A stretch of DNA of 64,000 nt, taken from the NCBI GenBank assembly GCA_019358915.1, contig JAHHIM010000014.1:37574-101573 (forward strand), in the 5' to 3' direction. Shown piece by piece: positions 10,301 through 19,639 of this stretch. This stretch comes from Trichormus sp. ATA11-4-KO1. Lineage in GTDB: Bacteria; Cyanobacteriota; Cyanobacteriia; Cyanobacteriales; Nostocaceae. The position numbers and the translations under genes are program-made. Below the pieces are notes generated by a model. It ran no database searches, was not told the origin of the DNA, and saw only the letters and a list, made by a program, of their open reading frames with translations. The stretch's first letter is position 1, and the number at the start of each line of letters is the position of its first letter.

Positions 10301-12753
10301 GCTACTTCTGTAGCTACCTCATATAAACTTATAGTTAAGTGATATTCGGTGTACCAAGCATCTTTACTTAAAAGCTTTATCCCAGTTTCCAAGTATTTTA
10401 GAGCAGCTTCATAAGCTGTTGAGGCTTTTGCTTTGCGTCCTGCGATTAAATTTAGTCGAGCTAATTCTGTTTTTTCAGGTTGTTCAACTAGGGAAATAAT
10501 CCCTACATTTAACTGATTAACAATATCAAAAATATTAGTTTCTATTTCATCTTTTGGTGTACTTTGCAGGAGCAATTTACCGATTTTTAGATGAGTAAAC
10601 TTCTTCTGTTCTTCTGGAATCAACGAATAAGCTGCTTGCTGCACTCTGTCATGCAAAAACTTATAACTTACGCGTGAAATATCAAAATTAAAATTAATTG
10701 CTTCCTCTTGATTAAATGCTAAAGGAATGCGGTAAGCTTCACTTAAAGGTAGAATTAAGCCAGCTTGCAAAGCCGAATATAAGTCATTTGCTGTCAAAGA
10801 AGGTGATTTTTCATGAATTATTGATAAAACATCCAGACTAAAACTGTCACCAACACAAGCTGCTAATTTCAAAACCTCTTGGGTGACTCTTGGTAGCTTT
10901 TCAACTCGACTTGCAACTAATTCAACAACATTTTTATCGATAATACTAATTGCTTGAATTTCCTCTAGGTTCCATTGCCATTTAGTAGTCTTAAAGTCAA
11001 ACTTTAAAAGATTTTCTTGATAAAGTGCCTGAAGAAGTTGTGTAATAAAAAATGGATTACCGCCCGTTTTATTATAAATTAGTTCAGCTAATTCAATAAG
11101 TTTTTTAGGAAAGTTTCTAGTATTATCTTCAAAAGAGTAGGTTTCTTGTAGAGTTTCACCAATTAACTGAGTTACATTCTCTAAATTTAAAGATTGCAAC
11201 ACAATATTATTAACGATCGCACCAGTATTTTTAATTTCTTCTACTGTTTGAATTAAAGGATGTGTTGAATTAACTTCATTATCTCGATATGCCCCAATTA
11301 ATAATAGATGTTTGCTTTCAACATCAGTCATGAGCATTTGTATTAAATTTAATGTAGCTGAGTCTGCCCATTGCAAGTCATCTAAAAATATAACTAGGGG
11401 ATGCTCTTTTTGCGTAAAAACTTTAATAAATTCTTCAAAAACACGATGGAAGCGATTTTGTGATTCCGTTGCTCCAATTTGGGGAACTTCGGGCTGTTGA
11501 CCAAGAATTAATTCAACTTCAGGAATCACATCAATAATAACTTTGCCATTTGTGCCGACGGCTGCTAGAATTTTATCCCGCCATGCTGCTATTTTTTCAT
11601 TTTTTTCTGTTAATAAATACCGCATTAAATAAGAAAAAGCTTGAATTAATGGAGCATAAGGAACATTCCTTTTTAATTGGTCAAATTTACCAGAAATAAA
11701 ATAACCTTGTTGGCGAGTGATTGGTTTATTAATTTCATTGACTAAAGCCGATTTACCAATGCCAGAATAACCAGAAACTAGCATCATTTCACTAGTTCCT
11801 GATGTCACATTTTCAAATGCATCTAAAACTTCCTTGACTTGTTGTTCTCGTCCGTATAATTTTTGTGGTATTAATAGCTGGCTTAAAACATCTAAAAGTC
11901 CCGGAACAAAGTTAGTAATTTCGCTCTGAGTTTCTAACTGATGAAGACACAATTCTAAATCTGCTAATAATCCTGTAGCGCTTTGATATCTGTCTTCAGC
12001 ATTTTTAGACATCAGTTTCATCACAACGGCTGAAACATTGGTAGGAATTTGGGGATTTAATAACTGTGGGTTTACTGGTTGCACAGCTATATGATTGTAA
12101 ATTAACTCTAGGGGATCTTCGCTAAAAAATGGGAGTTTATCAGTAAGCATTTCATATAAAGTCACACCCAGAGAATAAAAATCACTCCGATAATCAAGAA
12201 TACGATTCATTCTCCCGGTTTGTTCAGGAGACATATATGCAAGTGTACCTTCAACGCAGTTGGGGTTAGTAAATTGATGATTTTCTTTATTCAGACGGGA
12301 AGCTATCCCAAAGTCAGTTAGTTTAACAATACCTGTTTGCAAATTCATAATGATATTGCTGGGTTTAATATCTTTATGAATAATCTGATTTTTATGTAAA
12401 TAATCTAAAGCTTTAGTTATTTGAATAGCAGTTTTTAAATAATTAATTAAATCTAACTTTTCTATTTGTATAAGTTGTGCTAAGGACTGACCACCAAAGT
12501 CTTCTAACAACAGTCCTACACGATGATCAAAAGTTTCTAAACTGATGGCTTTTACTATGTTGGGATGATCTAACTCTTGTTGAATTTGATACTCATGTTT
12601 CAGGCGAGTAAAGGCTTCAAGAGTGGGGTATTCATTTTTCAGAACTTTCAGAATAACTGGCTGTTGAGTATTGGGGATTTGTGTTTGATAGATAATAGTT
12701 TGAATGCCTTCATGGAGAGTGGAGTTAATTTGGTATCCAGTAAGATTGAGCAT
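7318..12753 (-). CDS. HstK-type hybrid Ser/Thr kinase-AAA/STAND ATPase-GAF-histidine kinase
   Basis: HKDIKPSN/DFG kinase, Walker A GYSGIGKS, Walker B IFLDDLQW, GAF, H-box AHEINNP, GKGTGLGL. Confidence 0.92.
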   Translation of the reverse strand: MLNLTGYQINSTLHEGIQTIIYQTQIPNTQQPVILKVLKNEYPTLEAFTRLKHEYQIQQELDHPNIVKAISLETFDHRVGLLLEDFGGQSLAQLIQIEKLDLINYLKTAIQITKALDYLHKNQIIHKDIKPSNIIMNLQTGIVKLTDFGIASRLNKENHQFTNPNCVEGTLAYMSPEQTGRMNRILDYRSDFYSLGVTLYEMLTDKLPFFSEDPLELIYNHIAVQPVNPQLLNPQIPTNVSAVVMKLMSKNAEDRYQSATGLLADLELCLHQLETQSEITNFVPGLLDVLSQLLIPQKLYGREQQVKEVLDAFENVTSGTSEMMLVSGYSGIGKSALVNEINKPITRQQGYFISGKFDQLKRNVPYAPLIQAFSYLMRYLLTEKNEKIAAWRDKILAAVGTNGKVIIDVIPEVELILGQQPEVPQIGATESQNRFHRVFEEFIKVFTQKEHPLVIFLDDLQWADSATLNLIQMLMTDVESKHLLLIGAYRDNEVNSTHPLIQTVEEIKNTGAIVNNIVLQSLNLENVTQLIGETLQETYSFEDNTRNFPKKLIELAELIYNKTGGNPFFITQLLQALYQENLLKFDFKTTKWQWNLEEIQAISIIDKNVVELVASRVEKLPRVTQEVLKLAACVGDSFSLDVLSIIHEKSPSLTANDLYSALQAGLILPLSEAYRIPLAFNQEEAINFNFDISRVSYKFLHDRVQQAAYSLIPEEQKKFTHLKIGKLLLQSTPKDEIETNIFDIVNQLNVGIISLVEQPEKTELARLNLIAGRKAKASTAYEAALKYLETGIKLLSKDAWYTEYHLTISLYEVATEVAYLSGNFEQMQQWAEIVLQEAKTLLDKVKVYEVQIIAAIVQSKQLTAIQTAVSILQLLGINFPEQPTPSDIQQGMDDIATHLQKKVIADLINLPLMTDPNKIAAMKILMGVLPAAFQTAPAMMPIIACEMVNLSLKYGNTAVSAYGYSLYGLILCGVQGQIDSGYEFGKLAFSLVSQFNATELKAKILTVISAHVLHWKEHIRETFLTSKTGYASGLETGDLEYTGYCGYIYPCHSFWLGKELWSLEKELIAYCESLKKIKQQVALTWNQIYLQTVINLKRSPENAWCLMGEAYDEKSMLPIHQQFNDLYTINHLFVNKLMLSYMFGEYIQALENAAIAEKSLGGVTGLFVVPLFYFYDSLVQLAIYPTAQESEQQSILQKVQANQQKMELWATHAPMNHLHKFYLVEAEKYQALGQKLEAMEYYENAITKAQENGYLQEEALAYELAGNFYKSLNKELIHQTYITKAYYTYIRWGAIAKVKYLESKYCFLVEQTSTIETSPLKLDVTHIATRTTSSNGLSNVLDFNTFIKFSQAITNEIILENLLSKLIKILLENAAAQKAELLLLKDNQLYIEASGDNANDIVKNLQSIPLEDYENLPISVVNYVFRTQKHLVLNDAMLTEPFNIDIYIQKYQSKSIFCLPIIYQSQLTGIIYLENQLTAGAFVPERVEVLKVLVSQMAIAIENACLYAREQDKSRQLEQSIKDLQAAQLQLIQSEKMSSLGNLVAGIAHEINNPVAFLSGSIVQAKDAVTDLVDYLQLYQAKFPNPGTDIEEKAAEKDIDYLLEDLPKIIDGMKVGTQRIRNISTSLRTFSRADKDYKVSANIHEGIDSTLLILQHRLKANHHRPAIQIIKDYGNIPLVKCYLGQLNQVFMNILSNAIDALEELNIGYTYLENQAKPPQVITIKTQLSKNNQSIEIKIKDNGTGMTEAVKSCIFNNLFTTKDVGKGTGLGLSISQKIVEEKHNGSLICESVLGQGTEFIISIPVSVNESSS

Positions 12754-12852
12754 TTGCTTTTTAAATATATAGCTATAAAAACCCCTCTTTCATTGCCAAA
12801 AAGGGATTCTAGTTTAATTATTCCCATTAAACTGGGGATTTTGAACATTTCA

Positions 12853-13003
12853 TAGCGATCGCGGCTACACAGACATGAAGCGCAGCTTCTTCCCGAAGGG
12901 AAGGCCACCTCCGTGGGTTTGAAATACCTAATTTTTGGTTAGTCCGCGCAGGCGGATTTAGTTTGTGTAGTAGCGTACAGCCTGCGGCATTCTTGGGTTG
13001 CTA
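12853..13003. repeat. Composite Nostocales dispersed repeat with nested small hairpins
   Basis: CTACACAGAC...GTTTGTGTAG inverted arms, internal CTTCCCGAAGGGAAG hairpin; 12949-13003 recurs inverted at 56898-56952. Confidence 0.6.
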
Positions 13004-13035
13004 TTGTATTCGCCCAAAACTTTTCAAACATGCTC

Positions 13036-13344
13036 TCAAATATGAGGAAATTTCCGCACTTGATACTCTGCTGATTCGATAATGGGATAGGATTCTCCCA
13101 TCGCTTGAGTAAATTTAGCTTCAATAGCCTGCAAGTCTTCTAAGGGTATGGCTTTCCACTGTTCCCGTGTTGCCCAACGAACAATTAAAATCAGTTCTGT
13201 AGAGTCTTTGGGGTTAATCCAAACTTCTTTACCCAAAAATCCCGGATACTTAGCTAGGGCTGTTGTCCAAATTTCTGCATCCTGCTGGATATAATATTCT
13301 CGCTGTTCTGGAGCTACCTTAAACTTCAGCAGTTCTATGACCAC
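13036..13344 (-). CDS. Cyanobacterial ABM-like dimeric alpha/beta barrel protein (TIGR03792-like)
   Basis: MVIELLKFKV...DAEIWTTALAKYPGFLGKEVW...WATREQWKAIP. Confidence 0.75.
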   Translation of the reverse strand: MVIELLKFKVAPEQREYYIQQDAEIWTTALAKYPGFLGKEVWINPKDSTELILIVRWATREQWKAIPLEDLQAIEAKFTQAMGESYPIIESAEYQVRKFPHI

Positions 13345-13492
13345 ACTCTTGCTTCCTTCTCTGTGTTTACGTGTCTACGAATTTGCCAAAATAGAGCTGT
13401 AGGCTAAGATAACCACTTTTCCAGCATAGCTTGATTGCATACACTCAAGAGCAAGAGTCAGCTAGTGGGAAACAATTAAAGAGGAAGGGAGT

Positions 13493-13816
13493 ATGGATAG
13501 TAACAACTGGTTGCAACAGCTAATGATGCTTGGTATTGGTACAACGTCTTTGGTAGCAGAAAAAATGCGCCAAGTCAGCGAGGAATTGGTCAAGGACGGT
13601 AAACTCAATCCTGAGCAAGCTAAGGCAGTAATGGATGATGTTGTACAACAGTTAAAGTCCGAACAGGGAAACTGGGAAGAGCAAATGCAACGACAAATGC
13701 GAAATATGATGCAGGACTTGGGTGTTGCTCGTCAGTCTGAAGTGGATGAATTACGGGGTAGAATTGACCGTTTAGAGCGTCAAGTGCGCGATTTGGAGAA
13801 TAAGCTGTGGCGTTAA
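13493..13816 (+). CDS. Phasin-like coiled-coil protein
   Basis: LGIGTTSLVAEK...LVKDGKL...LGVARQSEVDELRGRIDRLE. Confidence 0.75.
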   Translation: MDSNNWLQQLMMLGIGTTSLVAEKMRQVSEELVKDGKLNPEQAKAVMDDVVQQLKSEQGNWEEQMQRQMRNMMQDLGVARQSEVDELRGRIDRLERQVRDLENKLWR

Positions 13817-13890
13817 ATTGTCCTTTCTGATTTAAACTAATTGTGTTCTGTTGGTAATGATAGTGATTAGAGGCTAGGAGCTAATATTCC

Positions 13891-13996
13891 TACTCAGCAA
13901 CGCCAGATGCTTCACTACAGCGCTGCGCGCATCCTGCGGCGGGGGAGACCCCTACGTACCCGTCACTGGCTCCTCAGCACTCAGCACTCAGCACTT
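13891..13996. repeat. (CTCAGCA)n heptamer tract interrupted by an AACGCCAG...CTGGCTCC iterated element
   Basis: CTCAGCA units on both sides of an element with GCCAG/CTGGC inverted arms. Confidence 0.55.
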
Positions 13997-14014
13997 TCTT
14001 AGGGAGAACTGATT

Positions 14015-14566
14015 TTGAAATCAATTTTACTCAGCGTGGGTTTCATGCTGGTATGTGTTGTAGTTTTGGTATTAGCACAAGTTGGCAGTAAACAGGACTC
14101 TGCTATTGCTGCTAATGTCACTGGTACTACACCAGCACTCAATAGACTTACTGAAAACAATATCTTAATTGCGAGCAATACTATGTCTGATGCCAATTTT
14201 GTAACTAACCCCTCTGGTGATGCCAATGTCGTAACTAACCCCTCTGGACTGAAGTACGTGGAACTGGAGGAAGGAACTGGGGCGACACCTGAACCTGGAC
14301 AAACCGTTGTAGTACACTACACCGGCACTTTAGAAGATGGGACGAAGTTTGATAGTTCACGCGATCGCAACCGTCCTTTTGAGTTTAAAATCGGCGTTGG
14401 ACAGGTAATTCAAGGTTGGGACGAAGGACTTAGCACCATGAAAGTAGGCGGTCGTCGTCAGTTAATTATCCCCTCAGAGTTAGGTTATGGCTCTCGTGGG
14501 GCTGGTGGTGTAATTCCACCCAACGCTACTTTGCTGTTTGATGTGGAATTGTTGGATATTAAGTAG
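14015..14566 (+). CDS. FKBP-type peptidyl-prolyl isomerase
   Basis: [41 protein letters not shown]-terminal TM. Confidence 0.95.
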   Translation: MKSILLSVGFMLVCVVVLVLAQVGSKQDSAIAANVTGTTPALNRLTENNILIASNTMSDANFVTNPSGDANVVTNPSGLKYVELEEGTGATPEPGQTVVVHYTGTLEDGTKFDSSRDRNRPFEFKIGVGQVIQGWDEGLSTMKVGGRRQLIIPSELGYGSRGAGGVIPPNATLLFDVELLDIK

Positions 14567-14700
14567 GGAATGGGGAATGGGGAATGAGGAAGATGGATTG
14601 TAGTACAAAACTCAAATATTCTCCCCTGCACCCTGCCTCTCTGCTCTTCTTTCCCCCATGCCCAATAGCGACGTAATTACGAATTACGAATTACGAATTA
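14566..14700. repeat. STRR-type heptamer tracts (GGGAATG)n and (AATTACG)n between convergent genes
   Basis: GGGAATGGGGAATGGGGAATG at 14566; AATTACGAATTACGAATTACGAATT at ~14675-14699. Confidence 0.7.
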
Positions 14701-16056
14701 TTAATAATTCCCTGGTCTGGCTAAGTTTTTAAACTTTGTAAATTGCGGGTCGAATAAAAGCTTAACAGTGCCTGTCGGGCCATTACGATGTTTAGCGACG
14801 ATCGCCTCGGCAATTCCGCGATCGGGACTATCGCTGTTATAGTAATCATCGCGGTATAACATGATGACTAAATCCGCGTCTTGCTCGATACTGCCACTTT
14901 CCCTTAAATCTGACAACATCGGCCGCTTATTGGTACGCGCTTCTACTCCTCGACTCAACTGAGACAGGGCAATTACTGGCACAGATAATTCACGAGCTAA
15001 ACCTTTAAGAGAACGGGTAATCCTCGATAATTCTTGAACGCGGTTATCACCTGCACCTTCCATTAATTGCAGGTAATCTATCACTACTAATCCTAGTTCC
15101 ATGCCTTGTTCTGCTTGCAGTCGCCTGGCCTGACTCCGCATTTGAGTAACGGTAATATTCGGTGTGTCGTCAATAAATATGGGCATTTCCGAAAGCATCC
15201 CAATGGCGCGGCTTAAGGGTTCCCACTGTGTTTGACTGATACGTCCACTGCGGAGATAACCTGATTCAATTCCGGCTTCACTAGCCAATAACCTCTGGAC
15301 TAGCTGTTCTTTGGACATTTCTAAACTAAAAACAGCAACCGGTAATTTATAACCTGCGGCAATATTGTGAGCGAGATTTAGGCAAAATGCTGTTTTTCCC
15401 ATTGATGGCCTGCCAGCAATAATAATCAAATCAGAACGCTGGAAGCCACTGGTCATGGAATCTAAATCATAGAAGCCGCAAGGAATCCCAGGTAGGGCAA
15501 TGCCTTGATGACGAGTTTCAATATCTTGGAAGGTATTAATTAGGGTATCAGAAATGTGAATTAGACCTGATTGGGGACGTTCTTGAGTAACGCCGAAAAC
15601 TTGCTGTTCTGCTTTGTCTAAAACTGTTGGTAATTCTGTTTCTGTCTCGTAACCCAAATGCACAATTTCGTTGCCAGCTTTAATTAATCGCCGCCGCAGG
15701 TATTTTTCCATGACCAACCCTGCTAAAGCGTCGATGTTAACGGCTGACACTGTGCGGTCTACGAGAGTGGCTAATTTATTTCTACCACCAATGCGGGCGA
15801 GGATATCGTTATCAGCTAGCCAACTTGTGACTGAGAGTAAGTCTGTGGGTTTACCTTGAGCATGGAGGCGTAGCGCTGCTTGATAGATATCTTTGTGAGC
15901 GCTGATATAAAATGCTTCAGGAATCAGGCGATCGCTAACTCGACCAATCGCTTCTGGATCTAGTAAAATTCCCCCCAAAATCGCTTCTTCTGCCTCAATG
16001 TTTTGGGGTGGCAGGCGATCGCTACCATCGCCTTGAAAACTCAGTTCTTCAGCCAT
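14701..16056 (-). CDS. dnaB: Replicative DNA helicase (no intein)
   Basis: PPQNIEAE, AGRPSMGKT, IDYLQL, LSQLSR, DLRESGSIEQDAD. Confidence 0.97.
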   Translation of the reverse strand: MAEELSFQGDGSDRLPPQNIEAEEAILGGILLDPEAIGRVSDRLIPEAFYISAHKDIYQAALRLHAQGKPTDLLSVTSWLADNDILARIGGRNKLATLVDRTVSAVNIDALAGLVMEKYLRRRLIKAGNEIVHLGYETETELPTVLDKAEQQVFGVTQERPQSGLIHISDTLINTFQDIETRHQGIALPGIPCGFYDLDSMTSGFQRSDLIIIAGRPSMGKTAFCLNLAHNIAAGYKLPVAVFSLEMSKEQLVQRLLASEAGIESGYLRSGRISQTQWEPLSRAIGMLSEMPIFIDDTPNITVTQMRSQARRLQAEQGMELGLVVIDYLQLMEGAGDNRVQELSRITRSLKGLARELSVPVIALSQLSRGVEARTNKRPMLSDLRESGSIEQDADLVIMLYRDDYYNSDSPDRGIAEAIVAKHRNGPTGTVKLLFDPQFTKFKNLARPGNY

Positions 16057-16278
16057 AAACGATTTTAGTTGCGAGATTTTGGATTTGAGCTTGGGGGTTC
16101 ACTATTACCCTTATAGTCCAAAATCTTGGGGAGAATGCTGTAGAGGCAATTTTATTCACAACAGATTCTCCCCACCTACTCAACAAACTGTTGAGTGTTG
16201 AGTAGGGGAAAAGCATTGACGGTACTTGCTCAAGAAAATTCTTGTTCTTTCTTCTGACTCAGGAAGCACTCCTAAAAT

Positions 16279-16737
16279 TTAGCTGGCTACAACTTCAATA
16301 TTGATTTGGGCTGTAACATCGGAATGCAGCTTAATTTCAGCTTTGTAAGTACCCAGATGGTTAATATCGGGAATGGTAATTCCCCGCCGATCAATTTCTT
16401 GACTGGTAGCTGCTTGAATTGCCTCTGCCACATCTTGGGTGGTGACTGTACCGAAAATTGCTTCGTTTTCACCCAGTTGTTTGGCAATTTGCAAGCTGCC
16501 AATTTTTTCCAAAGCGGCTTTTTGTTCTAGCGCTTGTTGACGGAGTTCTAACTGCCGTTGACGTTCTTGCTCACGGCGGCGTTCTACCTGCTTGAGAATA
16601 CCGGGAGTGGCATGGGTTGCCAATTTCTGGGGAATTAGATAGTTACGAGCATAGCCGGGAGCTACATCTACTAAGTCGCCAGATTTACCCAGCTTGCTAA
16701 TATCTTGATTTAAAACTAACTGCACACGTTTCGCCAT
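16279..16737 (-). CDS. rplI: 50S ribosomal protein L9
   Basis: [24 protein letters not shown] at 16737 gives 152 aa; adjacent to dnaB. Confidence 0.96.
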   Translation of the reverse strand: MAKRVQLVLNQDISKLGKSGDLVDVAPGYARNYLIPQKLATHATPGILKQVERRREQERQRQLELRQQALEQKAALEKIGSLQIAKQLGENEAIFGTVTTQDVAEAIQAATSQEIDRRGITIPDINHLGTYKAEIKLHSDVTAQINIEVVAS

Positions 16738-17052
16738 CGGTTTCGTTTTTCCTGTAAAATTCTGATTAATTTGGGTTTCAGCAGCATAGCTCACATGAGT
16801 GTAGCTTGATCCCCAGCAGCTTTGCTTGTACCCCAAAGCTTACAGATCCTAGCGAATCGTCGGGTGCGATCGCAACTATTTGGTAATGAAAAAATCAAGT
16901 TGCGATCGCCAATGGCTGGAAATCGAATGGCACTAAGCTTCCTTTGGTCGCAATTAGTCAGAAGAGCATCCCTCGCTCCTCGAACCTCTGACTTCTGACT
17001 TTGTTGAACGTGACATAATCGAGACAGATCGATGTGCGGAGGGAGAACTCAG

Positions 17053-17634
17053 ATGCCACAACTGATCGATAAAACAACAGATCAACGCCTGATTCATCAC
17101 GGGGTGACGTGGGAGCAATTCAAGCTGATTCAAAAAGGCTTTGAAACCTCTCCTGGCATTCGATTGTTCTATTACAACGGTATTATCGAAATTCTGATGC
17201 CTGGACGCGACCACGAATTCTTTAAAACGTTGATTGGACTCTTACTAGAAACGTTCTTTGTGGAGAAAGGAATCGAGTTTGAGCCAACAGGTTCAATGGA
17301 TCAAGAAAAAGAAGGCGAAGTCTGTGTTCAAGCGGATGAATCCTATTGTGTTGGAACCTCCAAGCCGTGCCCTGACTTATCGATCGAAGTTATTTTTACC
17401 AGTGGCAGCGTGAAAAAATTAGAGCGGTATCATGCCCTAGGCGTGCCAGAGGTCTGGTTTTGGGAAGATGGACTGCTAACCATGCATCATTTGCGATCGC
17501 CGGGCTACGAACGCATCTATCGCAGCGAAATTCCTGAACTGGCAAGCCTTGATCTCGATTTATTCATTCGCTGCGTTCTGATCGCAGAAACGTCCAGACT
17601 GGAAGCGGTGCGAGTGTTCAAGCAAGGCATTTAG
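17053..17634 (+). CDS. Uma2 family putative endonuclease
   Basis: GVTWEQF, IEILMP..HE, ADESYC, PDLSIEV, LGVPEVWFW. Confidence 0.88.
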   Translation: MPQLIDKTTDQRLIHHGVTWEQFKLIQKGFETSPGIRLFYYNGIIEILMPGRDHEFFKTLIGLLLETFFVEKGIEFEPTGSMDQEKEGEVCVQADESYCVGTSKPCPDLSIEVIFTSGSVKKLERYHALGVPEVWFWEDGLLTMHHLRSPGYERIYRSEIPELASLDLDLFIRCVLIAETSRLEAVRVFKQGI

Positions 17635-17724
17635 CCAAACTTTTTGCCGCACTGCTGTTTTTGATAAAAGATACGCACGAATGGGGGGATGGGGAGTGGG
17701 ATATATTCTTGATTGGAGGGTTGG

Positions 17725-18375
17725 ATGATGTTGCTAGAACTAAGGCGATTGAGCATTCCGCCGGGTCAACGGGTGTTGTTGCATGAGGTGAGTTGGCAAG
17801 AGTTTGAGTTGATTTTAGAGGAGTTGGGAGACCATCGATCGGCTCGCATTGCTTATGACAATGGAATTCTGGAGATTATGACACCCTTACCTGAACATGA
17901 AGCGGCTAAAGAAGTCGTTGGAGATTTGGTCAAGGCACTGTTAGAAGAACTTGACATTGAGTTTTTAACGTTGGGTTCAACGACCTTCAAGAATCAAGCT
18001 ATGTTCAAGGGGATTGAGCCAGATCAGTGTTTTTATATTCAAAATGAGCTAGCTGTTCGGGGCAAGAAACGACTGGATTTGGCGGTTGATCCACCTCCTG
18101 ATTTAGCACTGGAAATTGACATTACCTCTCGAACCCATCCAAGTATTTACCAAGCGCTGGGAGTGCCTGAGCTTTGGCGATTTGATCGAGGTAAATTACA
18201 GATTAACGTGCTGCGGCAAGGGAAGTATGTGGAGGTTGAGAATAGTCCCACATTTCCAGGAATGCCGTTAACCGAGGTAATTCTCCGATATTTGGAACAG
18301 AGTAGAACCGCAGGTAGAAATGCAACTATGAAAGCTTTTCGGCAGTGGGTGAGAGAGAGAATGAAAGACACATAA
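17725..18375 (+). CDS. Uma2 family putative endonuclease
   Basis: VSWQEFE, YDNGILEIMTPLPEHE, EPDQCFY, PPDLALEID, LGVPELWRF. Confidence 0.9.
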   Translation: MMLLELRRLSIPPGQRVLLHEVSWQEFELILEELGDHRSARIAYDNGILEIMTPLPEHEAAKEVVGDLVKALLEELDIEFLTLGSTTFKNQAMFKGIEPDQCFYIQNELAVRGKKRLDLAVDPPPDLALEIDITSRTHPSIYQALGVPELWRFDRGKLQINVLRQGKYVEVENSPTFPGMPLTEVILRYLEQSRTAGRNATMKAFRQWVRERMKDT

Positions 18376-18693
18376 TTTGCATCAAGAGTCATTATGCCAA
18401 TAACTGGCGCGAACACATTGTTAGTCATCCAGATGTTTTGCAGGGTAAGCGGATCTGTCCCCTTGTTCCCTTGTCCCTCTTTCATAACTTGGCTGTGAAA
18501 CTCGTCATCGGATCTGCCTAAAGAGAGATTTTTATTTATGTTTGCTTTATTAAGGAAGCTTTTCATAATCGTTTATGTCAAAATTGTTTTGAATAGTTAT
18601 CACAGAATACAGATAAAGTCAAAAAACTCACGTTAATTTTTTAACATAATAGAAAAATAAAATAATATTTATTAAATTAATAAAATTAGCGTT

Positions 18694-19593
18694 ATGCCCA
18701 ACTTTCCTCATAAACCAGACTCAGATTCTTCTAATTCACCAGACTCAGACTCTTCTAATACAACTAATTCTATTTTTAACTTATTTAGTAATATTTTTAC
18801 CAGTTTTACTATCTCTAACCTAATAAATAATCCTTTTTTTGCACATTATTTAAAAAATCATCCTTTTATTGCCAATTCGTTGATTTTTTTGATTATACTT
18901 CTTAGTGGTGGAAATCTATATCAAATTCTTATAAACAATAAAATTTCCGATTTAGAGTTTCAAACTCAAGTATGTCAAAACAACCAAAAACTAATAGAAG
19001 AACACTTAGCAATAAAAGAAGAAGCAAGTAATATAAATATTTTGCCACAAGTCATAGTTGATAATAATAGCAATATTAATTTCTTACCATTTTATTGTGA
19101 ATATTCAATAGAAATAAATAATAAAAAATATTCTGAGCAAATTTATTTAAGACGTTCGCCTATCTTTGCTGAATATATCAATGAAGCTTATCATAAGAAT
19201 GAAATTAAAATGAATATGATAGATGTGTGTCAGCACCCTATTATGAAAGAGCAGATGAAGCTAGATGCTAAGAGTAATCATTTTTATGATGAGAAAAAAG
19301 GAGACATTATAAAAGCAGGAAAACCAGAGATTTTAAAAGAAAAAACATATGTTTATCCAGTACATCGATGGGTTTGTCACTATTCAATTCAAAGACCAGT
19401 TAAAGGAGTTGGATCTCATTTAATAAGTAGACACTACTCTAAGATAGACCTTGATTTAAAACCATATTGTTCAAAAAAAGCATCAGATGAAGGTAGAAAT
19501 TTTGTTGAACCCCACTATCATGATTATGATAATCCTTATTCCTTTTATTGCACAGATCCTTATTCACGTCCTGATTCAAGAGAGCAAGGGTAA
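18694..19593 (+). CDS. AT-rich hypothetical membrane-anchored Cys-containing protein
   Basis: 299-aa ORF with one TM (LIFLIILLSGG); no family recognised. Confidence 0.6.
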   Translation: MPNFPHKPDSDSSNSPDSDSSNTTNSIFNLFSNIFTSFTISNLINNPFFAHYLKNHPFIANSLIFLIILLSGGNLYQILINNKISDLEFQTQVCQNNQKLIEEHLAIKEEASNINILPQVIVDNNSNINFLPFYCEYSIEINNKKYSEQIYLRRSPIFAEYINEAYHKNEIKMNMIDVCQHPIMKEQMKLDAKSNHFYDEKKGDIIKAGKPEILKEKTYVYPVHRWVCHYSIQRPVKGVGSHLISRHYSKIDLDLKPYCSKKASDEGRNFVEPHYHDYDNPYSFYCTDPYSRPDSREQG

Positions 19594-19639
19594 ATCATCA
19601 GCACTTACCATCCCTTTCTTGTTTACAAAGTGCTTGTAA

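Noticed and set aside
7318..12753. Ser/Thr kinase-His kinase fusion as a novelty
   Set aside because: This is the known HstK family architecture, common in Nostocales
16738..16836. N-terminal extension of rplI in the ORF track
   Set aside because: L9 homology starts at MAKRVQLVL (16737)
17053..18375. Uma2 pair as a defence system
   Set aside because: Uma2 genes are highly expanded in cyanobacteria, and no methylase or other partner is adjacent
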